In this document: positions 15,904 through 24,487 of the stretch, piece after piece | Layout of the letters: each line of letters opens with the position of its first letter | Numbering within the stretch: position 1 is the first letter of the stretch | Source: Phycisphaerales bacterium | GTDB taxonomy: Bacteria; Planctomycetota; Phycisphaerae; Phycisphaerales; UBA1924 | Assembly: GCA_027019265.1 (NCBI GenBank) | Contig: JALUWX010000045.1 | Location: 6 to 64,005 of the forward strand | Reading direction: 5' to 3' | DNA length: 64,000 bases | Notes under the pieces: generated by a model | Databases searched by the model: none | What the model was told of the DNA's origin: nothing | Seen by the model: only the letters and a program-made list of their open reading frames with translations | Position numbers and translations under genes: made by a program

Positions 15904-18719
15904 ATCGGGTGTGGGCGATCGCGACGCGCGAGTTTGTGTCGATGTTCCGGGTCCCGGCGGGGTGGATCATCATCGCGCTGTTTGCTTTTCTGAGCGGGAT
16001 CCTGTTCGTGAATCAGATTCTGATCCCGGGTGCGCCGGGGTCGATGCGGTATTTCTTTGCGCCTTGCGCGTGGATGCTGGTGGCGATTGCGCCGGCGATC
16101 TCGATGCGGTTGTTGTCGGAGGAGTACCGGACGGGGAGCTTCGAGTCGCTCAGGACGACCCCGGCCGGGGACTGGGCTGTAGCGCTGGGGAAGTATGTGG
16201 GGGCGGTGTTGTTCCTAGTCGCGATGCTCGCGCCTTCGCTCGCGCTCCCGGTGATCCTTGCGTTTGTGAGCGATCCGATGCCCGACCCGGGGCCGATGGT
16301 GTCGGGGTATCTGATGTTGGTGCTGGTGGGGATGGTGTACCTGGGGATCGGGCTGCTTGCTTCGTCGTTGACGAGTTCGCAGACGTTGGCGTTTCTCGGG
16401 ACGCTGATGACGCTGGTGCTGCTGATGGTGGTGACGGGGGTGCTCGCGCCGCGCGCGGGGGGGAGGCTCGGGGAGCTGCTGGGCGCGGTGAGTGTGATCG
16501 GGCGCGCGGGGGAGCTGGGGAAGGGGATCATCGATACGGCGACGATCTCGTTCTTCCTGATCGCGAGTGTGTGGATGTTGGCGCTGACGAGCGGGGTGCT
16601 CGAGGCGCGTCGGCTTGCGCGGTCGAAACGGGTGGTGGGTGTGATGTACGGGGTGTTCGCGGCGGCGACGCTGGGGGCGGCGTTGTTCGCGGGGTTGCTG
16701 ACCCATGCGCATCGGGTCCGGGTGGATGTGACTTCGACGAGTGCGCATCGGTTGTCGGATCGGGCGCAGCGGATGGTGGATCGGCTGAGCGGGGAGACCC
16801 GGCTGGTGCTGGCCGTCGATCGGTCGAGCGTGGATCGTCGGACGTTGGATCTGGTGGAGGATGTGCTGGGCGCGTATGGGGACGCTTCGGATCTGGTTGA
16901 GCCCGTGATGATCGATCTGGGGGGGAGCGATGCGCCGGCGCGGATCGGGGCGCTGCTCGGGGAGTTGCGGGCTCGGGAATCGGGAGCGATCTCGTCGAAC
17001 GTGTCGGTGCTTGAGGATGCTGCTCGACGGATCGGGGAGTCGGCGATCGAGCTTGAGTCGGTTGCGCCGGTGCTGGCTTCGGCGCGGGACACGATCGACA
17101 TGGGGTCCACGGGGGCGGCGAATAACCGGGCGTTCTTTGAGCAGCGGGCGTCGTTGCTGCGATTGAGCGCGCAGGATCTGAATGCGAGCGCGGGGGGGAT
17201 CCGGGATGGGCTCGGGGCGCAGGATCCGAGGACGGGGGCGCTCGCGGAGGGGCCGGTGGAGGTTCTTGGTGCGGCGCTCCGGTCGATCGGGGATCTGGAT
17301 GCGCAGCTTGCGAGTGTGGCTTCGAGCGATCAGTTTGCGCCGGCGACGCGCGCGATCGCGCGGGATGTCCGGGGTCGGATCGGGACGATCTCGGACGAAC
17401 TGTCGGTGGTGCGCGATGAGCTGACCCGGCTCGAAGTGATCGATGCGGATCGGGTTGCGACGGCGCTGGAGACGGGGGAGGCGCTGATGGTGATCGGCGC
17501 GCCCGAGCAGGGGATCGCGGCGGTGGATCTGACGGCGTTGCTTCCTTCGGCGGAGACGCTCGAGTCGCTCGGGCTCAGCGCGTCGGGGGTGATCGGTCCG
17601 AGGGCGCAGGAGCTGATCGCGAGCGCGATCGGGGAGCTGGTGGTCGAGGCGCACCCGGTGGTGGTGTTCGTGCACGGGGGTCGTCAGGGGGATCTGCTCG
17701 GGAACTCCGGGCTTTTGACGAAGACGGTGGAGTCGTTGTCGTCTCGCGGGATCGATGTGCTGGAGTGGTCTGCGTTGGATCTCGCTGAGGCGCCGGGCCG
17801 GGGGGATGTGGATCCGTTGTTGTCCCGGCCGGTGGTGTACTTCGTGTATTCGAGCGATTCGACGACGGGGTCGGGGGACTCGGGGGTGTCGGGGACACGG
17901 CGCGCGGAGGCGATCGGCCGGGTGACGAAGCAGCTGATCGAGCAGGGGGAGTCGGTGCTCGTGTGTGTGAACCCGTCGATCTTCCACACGTTCGGGGACA
18001 CGGATCCCTCGGTCCGTGCGCTCGAGCCCTTGGGGATCGTTCCGGATCCGTCGCGGACGATTTTGCGGACGACCACGGGCGCGCAGGGGACGCGCGCGGA
18101 TCCGACAAGCGTGGTCGTGGAGTCGGCGCGGGATTCGGATGATCCGATCTCGGACGCGATCCGTGGTTTGCGTGGGGTGTATCCGTGGGCGGTTCCGATC
18201 GCGCTCGATGAGCGATTGGGTGTCGAACAGCGCGAGGTGCTGACGCTGCGCGAGCCCGGGGCGTGGGCGGAGCGGGATTGGCAAGATCTGTGGACGACCC
18301 CGGCTCAATCGCGCCCGTATCTTCGGGATCAGCCCGTGTTCGATGCGGCGCGGGACGAGAAGCGTGAGACGTGGGTCCTGGGCGCGAGCGCGGAGCGAGA
18401 GCGGTTGGGGGTGAGACAGCGTGTGATCGTGATCGGGTCGAACTCGTGGGCGAGCGATGCGACGATCATGGCGCCGGAGCAGTTGGTGGACGGTCGGATT
18501 CTCCGGCCGTACCCCGGGAACCAGACGCTCTTCGAGGGGTCGATCTCGTGGCTTGCGGGGCTCGATGACCTGATCGCGCCGGGGGCTTCGGCGCGTCCTG
18601 TTGCGACGATCACGGCGTTGTCTTCATCAACGCTTTCAGTCTTGCGCTGGGTCCTGCTCGGGGTGATCCCGGGATTGATCCTGGTGTGCGGGGTTGTGGT
18701 GCGGATCGTGCTTGGCTGA
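15900..18719 (+). CDS. Fused ABC-2 type permease and GldG-like auxiliary domain protein
   Basis: The GTG at 15900 overlaps the ATPase stop. The first ~250 aa hold six hydrophobic helices typical of ABC-2 permeases. A ~650-aa soluble domain follows, ending in a terminal TM helix (LSVLRWVLLGVIPGLILVCGVVV), as in GldG-type ABC auxiliary proteins. Confidence 0.75.
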   Translation: MNRVWAIATREFVSMFRVPAGWIIIALFAFLSGILFVNQILIPGAPGSMRYFFAPCAWMLVAIAPAISMRLLSEEYRTGSFESLRTTPAGDWAVALGKYVGAVLFLVAMLAPSLALPVILAFVSDPMPDPGPMVSGYLMLVLVGMVYLGIGLLASSLTSSQTLAFLGTLMTLVLLMVVTGVLAPRAGGRLGELLGAVSVIGRAGELGKGIIDTATISFFLIASVWMLALTSGVLEARRLARSKRVVGVMYGVFAAATLGAALFAGLLTHAHRVRVDVTSTSAHRLSDRAQRMVDRLSGETRLVLAVDRSSVDRRTLDLVEDVLGAYGDASDLVEPVMIDLGGSDAPARIGALLGELRARESGAISSNVSVLEDAARRIGESAIELESVAPVLASARDTIDMGSTGAANNRAFFEQRASLLRLSAQDLNASAGGIRDGLGAQDPRTGALAEGPVEVLGAALRSIGDLDAQLASVASSDQFAPATRAIARDVRGRIGTISDELSVVRDELTRLEVIDADRVATALETGEALMVIGAPEQGIAAVDLTALLPSAETLESLGLSASGVIGPRAQELIASAIGELVVEAHPVVVFVHGGRQGDLLGNSGLLTKTVESLSSRGIDVLEWSALDLAEAPGRGDVDPLLSRPVVYFVYSSDSTTGSGDSGVSGTRRAEAIGRVTKQLIEQGESVLVCVNPSIFHTFGDTDPSVRALEPLGIVPDPSRTILRTTTGAQGTRADPTSVVVESARDSDDPISDAIRGLRGVYPWAVPIALDERLGVEQREVLTLREPGAWAERDWQDLWTTPAQSRPYLRDQPVFDAARDEKRETWVLGASAERERLGVRQRVIVIGSNSWASDATIMAPEQLVDGRILRPYPGNQTLFEGSISWLAGLDDLIAPGASARPVATITALSSSTLSVLRWVLLGVIPGLILVCGVVVRIVLG

Positions 18720-19625
18720 GTGATGGTGCTGTTGATTGAAGCGTTTCCATCGCGCGGCGACTCGTGCGGTAGCGATGAGCCCGACGGGGATGACGATGAT
18801 GGTTTCGGCCGCTCTGTTGACGAGATCGGCGAGGATGGCGGCGCTCATGGCGTGGCCGGCGGCTTTGGCGCTGAGCCCGACCCCCCACTCACGGAACCCG
18901 ACACCCGACCCGGTGAAGGGGACGAGGGTTGCGCCTTGGGAGACGGCGCTGATGAACGCGATCATGGCCGGGGTGAGATCGAGTTCGAGGAGCTCGAAGG
19001 CGATGGCGTAGCGGATGTACCAGACGAGAACGTCGAGGGAGCGCCAGCCCAGCGCCTGCGCGAGGAGGCGCGAGGATCGGGGGACGAGGAGGGCGATGAT
19101 GAAGAAGACGAGTGTCGGGGCGCTCGCGATGAGGAGTCCTTGGTCGTACCAGTGTCCGGTGTCGCCGGGGATGATGAGGGCTGCGGCGAGGAGGGCGGCG
19201 TTGGCGATGATGGCGAGGGCGACGGACCAGACGGCGGACTCGACGGAGTCTCGGACTCTGATGTTGTTGACCTTTTTGTGGTACCCAATCCGTCCGATGA
19301 GCCCGGGGCGCATGGGGAGGTAGTTGAGGAGCCAGGCGCTGGAGATGAGATCGAACATCTCCCCGAGGGTGACGCGCCCGAAGCGGGACTGGAGCGCGTG
19401 GAGGCAGAAGGTGACGGCGATGAGGTTGAGGAGGGGGGAGAGGAGGATGAGCGCGATGACCCAGGGCTCGGCGCTCTTGAGACGGTTGAGGAGTTCGGGG
19501 ACGTCGGCGCTGTCCTTGAGAACGTAGACGGCGGCGGCGATGAGGAGGAGGAGGCCGAGGGTGAAGGCGATCCATGAGCGCGCGGAGGGGCGGCGCGGTG
19601 TGTCTGTGGGGTTCTCAGCGTCCAT
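18636..19625 (-). CDS. Polytopic membrane protein, lysylphosphatidylglycerol-synthase TM-region-like (UPF0104-like)
   Basis: ATG at 19625 (MDAENPT). There are multiple TM helices. The motif region LLNYLPMRPGLIGRIGY and the overall layout resemble the flippase-like region of the MprF/UPF0104 family. The Pro/Ser-rich 111-aa N-terminal extension in the track is rejected. Confidence 0.6.
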   Translation of the reverse strand: MDAENPTDTPRRPSARSWIAFTLGLLLLIAAAVYVLKDSADVPELLNRLKSAEPWVIALILLSPLLNLIAVTFCLHALQSRFGRVTLGEMFDLISSAWLLNYLPMRPGLIGRIGYHKKVNNIRVRDSVESAVWSVALAIIANAALLAAALIIPGDTGHWYDQGLLIASAPTLVFFIIALLVPRSSRLLAQALGWRSLDVLVWYIRYAIAFELLELDLTPAMIAFISAVSQGATLVPFTGSGVGFREWGVGLSAKAAGHAMSAAILADLVNRAAETIIVIPVGLIATARVAARWKRFNQQHHHSAKHDPHHNPAHQDQSRDHPEQDPAQD

Positions 19626-22110
19626 TGCCCTTGCGGTTGGCTGGGGTGAAGGTGGAGAAGGGTTGGTCGATGGTGGCGTAGACGCGTTGGATGTCGTTGA
19701 GCCGTTGGTGGAGGTAGGCGGCGATCGAGCGGATGCGTGGATCGTCGTGGGTGAGGGCGACTTCGATGAGGGGTGAGTTTGCGTCGTCGGCGCGGGTTGC
19801 GAGGGCCGCGGCGAGTTCGGCGGTATCGATGGGGTCTCCGGCGAGGGAGGCGGCGGTGAGGGATTCGGAGACGCGTTGGTCGAAGTCTCGGATTGTGGGC
19901 GAGGCGGCTTTGGTCGGGAGGGTTGCGAGGAGCCAGGCGCGGGTTGCGGGGGATTCACGCTCGTAGCGTTCCCAGCAGGCTTGGGTGATGTCCTCGAGGT
20001 CGGACTTGGTGAGTTCGGGGCGGCGGCGGGGTTCGTAGAGGATGGCGCTGGCGCCGGCGACGGCGAGTTCCATGGCGCGGGAGTCTCCCGAGCGGATCGC
20101 GGCGATGATGTCCTCGACGGGCTCGGCGATGGAGTCGATGCGGCGGCGTTCGACGATCTGGGTTTCGGCGGTGAGCGCGAAGGGGGAGTTGATGAGTCCG
20201 CCGATGGGGAGGGCTTTGAATCCCTGGAGGGCGCGCCAGCGTTGGCGGATGGTCGCGGCGGGCTGGGTGCGCATGAGCCACTTGGTCTGGACGGAGTCGG
20301 GGTCCGTGGTGACGGTGACGGTCTCGAGGGGTTTGAGACGGAGTTTGCGCCCCATGTCGATGACCCGGGCTTTGGGTGTCCCGGTGAAGTAGTCGGTGTG
20401 CTCGCGGAACCCCGGGACGATGAGGAGGTTGGAATCGATCGGGTTTGCGGGCCCGAGGGCGAGGGGGATCGAGGTAAGGTTCTGGATGGAGACGGAGACG
20501 CTCGCGGGCTCGATGGCGGAGAACGCGCTTGCGCCGGGGCGCATGGTGAGGCGCATGGTGTTCTCGGGACGGGTGATCATCTCGTCGATCCAGACGGGGA
20601 TGTCTTTTTCGAGTCGGGACATCTCTTTTCCGGCTTCGGTGGTCTGGTCGAGGTCGGGCTTGAGTTCGGTGAGACGTGATCGTCCGATGGAACCCGCGGC
20701 TTGGAGGGGGTAGGTGCGGGTGAGCTGGAGGTATTCCTCGATCGCGCGTTCGGTGTCTCCGAGTTTGTCGGAGCAGAGCGCGATGAGGAGGTCGCGCGAG
20801 GCGGATTGGCTGAGTTTGGTGCTCGCGGTTTCTCGCGCGAGTTCGTATTGGCCTTCGGCGAACATGGAGAAGGGCTCGAAGGGTTTGAAGATGGGCGCGA
20901 AGTCGGGGGCGCGTTCGACGATACGGTCCACGTCGGCTTTGATGATCTCGGAATCGACGCCGACGATGGCTCGGTAGGTCTGGAGGGTGACGATCTCCTT
21001 GAGGTAGGAGCGGAGGAGCGCGATCCGATCCGCGCCTCGTTCCTTGAGTTTCTCGGTGATCTGTTCGTTGACTTTGAAGAGCCCTCGTTCGAGGTCGGCG
21101 AGGGTGGAGTCGATGGTTTCCTGGTCGCCGAGGATGTGGGCCGCGAGGAGTCGGATCCGGTCGATCCCGGCTTCGTAGCGGATGTCTCTGGGGTCGTCGA
21201 GGTCGTCGATGGGTTCGTTGTCCTCGATGCGTTTGTCGATCTGGGCTTGGAGGACGGCGCGTTCGTCCTCGAGATTGGGGTTGAGCTGGTCGAGGATGGA
21301 CTGGGGGCCTTCGTACTGCCAGAGGAGGGAGAGCTGCTGTTCACGGAGACTCGGGGGCGTTTTGCCCTGGTCGATCTGGAAGATCCGGATCCCGTTGTTG
21401 AGGAAGCGCCAGGCGCTGTCGGTCGCGCCTTCGAGGGCGCAGAGCTTGGCGAGGGCGAAGTGGACGTGGGGATCGAGGGGGTCTGCGTAGAAGACGCGGA
21501 GTTGGAGGCGCATGAGGGCGGCGTTGTCCTCGGTGCGTGCGCCGACGGTCTGCGCGAGGAGGGATTGGGCTTCTTTGTGGGTCGAGTCGAGTCGCGCGGC
21601 TTTGCGAAGCTTGACGACGAACTCGGTGTCGTTGCCGCGTTCGCGTTCGAGGAGGGCGGCGTCGAGCATGAGTCTGGAGCGGACGGAGGGGTCGATGAGT
21701 GATGCGTCGTCGGAGACGAATCGTTCGTAGAGGGCGAGTCGTTCCTCGACGGTTTGCTTGTCGTTGATGATGGAGCTGATGAGTCGGAGCTGGGCGACGG
21801 TGTCTTGCGGGTCGAGCTGGACGACTTTGCGGGTGGCGTCGATGACGCCCTGGTGGTCGCCGCTGGACCATGTCGCGAGGACGAGGGATCGCGCGAGATC
21901 TGGGTCGCTCGGGTCGAGATCCATCGCGATGGAGAGGAGCTGGGCGGCGTAGGCGTAGTCGTCGGGTCCGGGGGGTGTGGGGATCGAGAGGGACAGGCCG
22001 GAGATGATTTCCAGCGCGTCCGCGGTGTCTTCCCGGGTGACCTGAGCGGAGAGGGTGGGCGCGAGGAGCGCGCCGGCGGTGAGCGTGAGGGCGAGGGGCT
22101 TGGAGATCAT
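19615..22110 (-). CDS. Large secreted helical-repeat (TPR/HEAT-like) protein, function unknown
   Basis: The ATG at 22110 gives the signal peptide MISKPLALTLTAGALLAPTLSAQ. The 832-aa protein is largely alpha-helical-looking with TPR-like segments. Its stop overlaps the start of the downstream gene. Confidence 0.65.
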   Translation of the reverse strand: MISKPLALTLTAGALLAPTLSAQVTREDTADALEIISGLSLSIPTPPGPDDYAYAAQLLSIAMDLDPSDPDLARSLVLATWSSGDHQGVIDATRKVVQLDPQDTVAQLRLISSIINDKQTVEERLALYERFVSDDASLIDPSVRSRLMLDAALLERERGNDTEFVVKLRKAARLDSTHKEAQSLLAQTVGARTEDNAALMRLQLRVFYADPLDPHVHFALAKLCALEGATDSAWRFLNNGIRIFQIDQGKTPPSLREQQLSLLWQYEGPQSILDQLNPNLEDERAVLQAQIDKRIEDNEPIDDLDDPRDIRYEAGIDRIRLLAAHILGDQETIDSTLADLERGLFKVNEQITEKLKERGADRIALLRSYLKEIVTLQTYRAIVGVDSEIIKADVDRIVERAPDFAPIFKPFEPFSMFAEGQYELARETASTKLSQSASRDLLIALCSDKLGDTERAIEEYLQLTRTYPLQAAGSIGRSRLTELKPDLDQTTEAGKEMSRLEKDIPVWIDEMITRPENTMRLTMRPGASAFSAIEPASVSVSIQNLTSIPLALGPANPIDSNLLIVPGFREHTDYFTGTPKARVIDMGRKLRLKPLETVTVTTDPDSVQTKWLMRTQPAATIRQRWRALQGFKALPIGGLINSPFALTAETQIVERRRIDSIAEPVEDIIAAIRSGDSRAMELAVAGASAILYEPRRRPELTKSDLEDITQACWERYERESPATRAWLLATLPTKAASPTIRDFDQRVSESLTAASLAGDPIDTAELAAALATRADDANSPLIEVALTHDDPRIRSIAAYLHQRLNDIQRVYATIDQPFSTFTPANRKGNGR

Positions 22111-22445
22111 GGAGTGGTCCCAACGACGATGGACACGATCGCGCCGAGGAGCGCGGTCGTGAGGGTGAGGGCGAGGACGGTTCGTACGCGCGTGATGAGG
22201 TGTCTGGGGGTCTGCGTGAACAGTCGTTCGGCGACACAGACGAGGAAGAGGAGCTGCGCGGCGGAGAGGATCGCGAGGGTGATCGCGATCCTCGTGAGGG
22301 GAGACTGGATGGGGCTCGATGGATCGAAAGCGAACCAGAGCGCGAGGACCCCGAGCGCGATGCTCCAGATGCTGACGAGGGTCATCATCATCGCTCGGGT
22401 GAGCGTGATGGGGTGGGTGCTCGCGCTGGGTGCCTGGGTGCTCAT
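22107..22445 (-). CDS. Small hydrophobic membrane protein (three predicted TM helices)
   Basis: A 112-aa ORF with coding-like hydrophobic composition. It overlaps the downstream gene by ATGA, which suggests translational coupling. Confidence 0.5.
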   Translation of the reverse strand: MSTQAPSASTHPITLTRAMMMTLVSIWSIALGVLALWFAFDPSSPIQSPLTRIAITLAILSAAQLLFLVCVAERLFTQTPRHLITRVRTVLALTLTTALLGAIVSIVVGTTP

Positions 22446-22548
22446 CGTGCGGTCGTTCCGGGTGTGGCGCGCCGACGGGGCTCGCTTCCCACAGTGTACA
22501 GGTCGGCACGATCGGGTGTTCGCGCTGAATCCGGATTGTGGGGACGGC

Positions 22549-24315
22549 TCAACCGAGCGCCATGGCCATCAGGAACTCGGCGTTGGTCTTGTGCTTCCCG
22601 AGTCGGGACTTGAGGAGCTCCATGGACTCGACGACGTTCATATCCGCGAGGACCTTGCGGAGTCGGTAGACGAGTTCGAGTTCCTTGGGGTCCATGAGGA
22701 GCTCTTCGCGGCGGGTGCCCGAAGCGGCGACGTCGATCGCGGGGTAGGTGCGCTTCTCGACGAGTCTCCGGTCGAGGTGGAGCTCGGAGTTGCCCGTGCC
22801 CTTGAACTCTTCGAAGATGACTTCGTCCATCTTGGACCCGGTATCGACGAGCGCGGTCCCGATGATGGTGAGGGAGCCACCCCGTTCGATGGCGCGGGCG
22901 GCGCCGAAGAACTTCTTGGGGCGCTGGAGCGCGTTGGAGTCCAGGCCGCCCGTCATGATCTTCCCGGAATGGGGGATCTCGGAGTTGTACGCGCGGGCGA
23001 GACGGGTGATGGAGTCGAGGAAGATGACGACGTCTTCGCCGTACTCGACCATGCGCTTGGCTTTTTCGATGACCATCTCGGCGACGGCGACGTGTCGGGA
23101 GGATTGCTCGTCGAAGGTGGACGCGACGACTTCGACGCCGTCGATGACGTTGCGTCGGAAGTCGGTGACTTCTTCCGGACGTTCATCGACGAGGAGGACG
23201 AAGATGCGCGTGTCCGGGTAGTTCTCGGAGATGGCGCGGGTCATCTTCTGGAGGAGGACGGTCTTGCCCGTGCGCGGTGGCGCGACGATAAGGGCGCGTT
23301 GTCCCTTCCCGATGGGCGCGACGAGGTCCACGATCCGGGTCTCGATGACATCGGGGGTGGTTTCCAGGAGGAAACGCTCCTCGGGGTGCATGGGGACGAG
23401 GTCTTCGAAGTTGATCAGATCGTGGATCTTCTTCGGGTCCTGTCCGTTGACGTGCTCGATCTTGAGGAGCGCGAAGTAGCGCTCGGATTCCTTGGGGGGA
23501 CGGATGACGCCTCGGATGTTCATGCCTCGGCGGAGCCCGAACCTTCGGATCTGGGAGGGGGAGACGTAGATGTCGTCTGGGCCGGGGAGGTAGGAGAGCT
23601 CGGGGGAGCGGAGGAAGCCGAAGCCATCGGACATGATCTGGAGGGAGCCCTCCCCGAACATGATGCCCTGCTTGGCCGCGCGTGCTTTGAGGATCTTGAA
23701 GATGAGGTCTTGTTTGGGGATCTGGTGGAAGTCTTCGAGCCCTTCCTTCTCGGCGACATCGAAGACCTGTTCGATGGTCATCTTCTGGAGGGCGCCGAGA
23801 TTGATGCCGTCGTCTTCGATCTTTCCGCCGGAGGCGGCGACGATGCGCTCGAGTTCTTCGGCTTCGCGCTCGAGTTCCTCATCGGAGGGGAGGACACCGT
23901 AGGACTGGAGGGACTGACGGGATTGTTGTTTGGAGGGGCCTTTGCCTCCTCCGCCTCCGCCGCCGCCCTGGTTGCGGCGCTTTTTGCGTTTGCGGCGGCG
24001 GGTGTTGGAGTCGTCGGACGAGTTGTTGTGGTTCGACGAGTTGTTGGAGCTGTTGTTGGACTGGCTCTGGTTGTTGGCGTTGTCGCTTGAGCTCGAGCTG
24101 GGGGCGCTGTCCTTGGAGGAGGAGGTGGGCTCGGAGGGCTTGTCCTTGGCGCTGGGCGCTTTCTTGGACTCGATCTCGGAGCTGGTGTCCTTGGACTCGG
24201 AAGCGGCGCTCTTGGTAGACGCTTTGGAAGCGGCCTTCTTTTTGGTCGTCTTCTTCTTGGTCGTCTTTTTCGTAGTCTTGGAGGCTGCTTCGGCGACGTC
24301 GCTCGATTTGCTCAT
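22549..24315 (-). CDS. rho: Transcription termination factor Rho with a long low-complexity N-terminal extension
   Basis: RNA-binding domain: [34 protein letters not shown]. Walker A: APPRTGKT. Also DERPEEV and the C-terminal [14 protein letters not shown]. The ATG at 24315 (MSKSSDV) was chosen. Confidence 0.93.
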   Translation of the reverse strand: MSKSSDVAEAASKTTKKTTKKKTTKKKAASKASTKSAASESKDTSSEIESKKAPSAKDKPSEPTSSSKDSAPSSSSSDNANNQSQSNNSSNNSSNHNNSSDDSNTRRRKRKKRRNQGGGGGGGGKGPSKQQSRQSLQSYGVLPSDEELEREAEELERIVAASGGKIEDDGINLGALQKMTIEQVFDVAEKEGLEDFHQIPKQDLIFKILKARAAKQGIMFGEGSLQIMSDGFGFLRSPELSYLPGPDDIYVSPSQIRRFGLRRGMNIRGVIRPPKESERYFALLKIEHVNGQDPKKIHDLINFEDLVPMHPEERFLLETTPDVIETRIVDLVAPIGKGQRALIVAPPRTGKTVLLQKMTRAISENYPDTRIFVLLVDERPEEVTDFRRNVIDGVEVVASTFDEQSSRHVAVAEMVIEKAKRMVEYGEDVVIFLDSITRLARAYNSEIPHSGKIMTGGLDSNALQRPKKFFGAARAIERGGSLTIIGTALVDTGSKMDEVIFEEFKGTGNSELHLDRRLVEKRTYPAIDVAASGTRREELLMDPKELELVYRLRKVLADMNVVESMELLKSRLGKHKTNAEFLMAMALG

Positions 24316-24487
24316 GGGAAACGCCTTTATGGATCCTCGTCTCGCACACACCATGTGCGCTCGGGGGATCGTGTCGAACATTCAACGTGTCATGGGGAGC
24401 ACACGTGAGAGCACCGCGGTGCCGGGTCGTGTGCGGGAGTTGGTAAGAATCAGAATCCGCGCTTGGTGAACACGGGTCGTGGATTAT

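Noticed and set aside
19626-19958. The Pro/Ser/Thr-rich 111-aa N-terminal extension of the UPF0104-like ORF. The similar 133-aa extension of the TPR-like ORF (22111-22509) falls in the same category.
   Set aside because: The extensions are low-complexity and overlap the upstream genes. Internal ATGs give a sensible N-terminus, a signal peptide, and typical 4-nt or short overlaps with the upstream stop.
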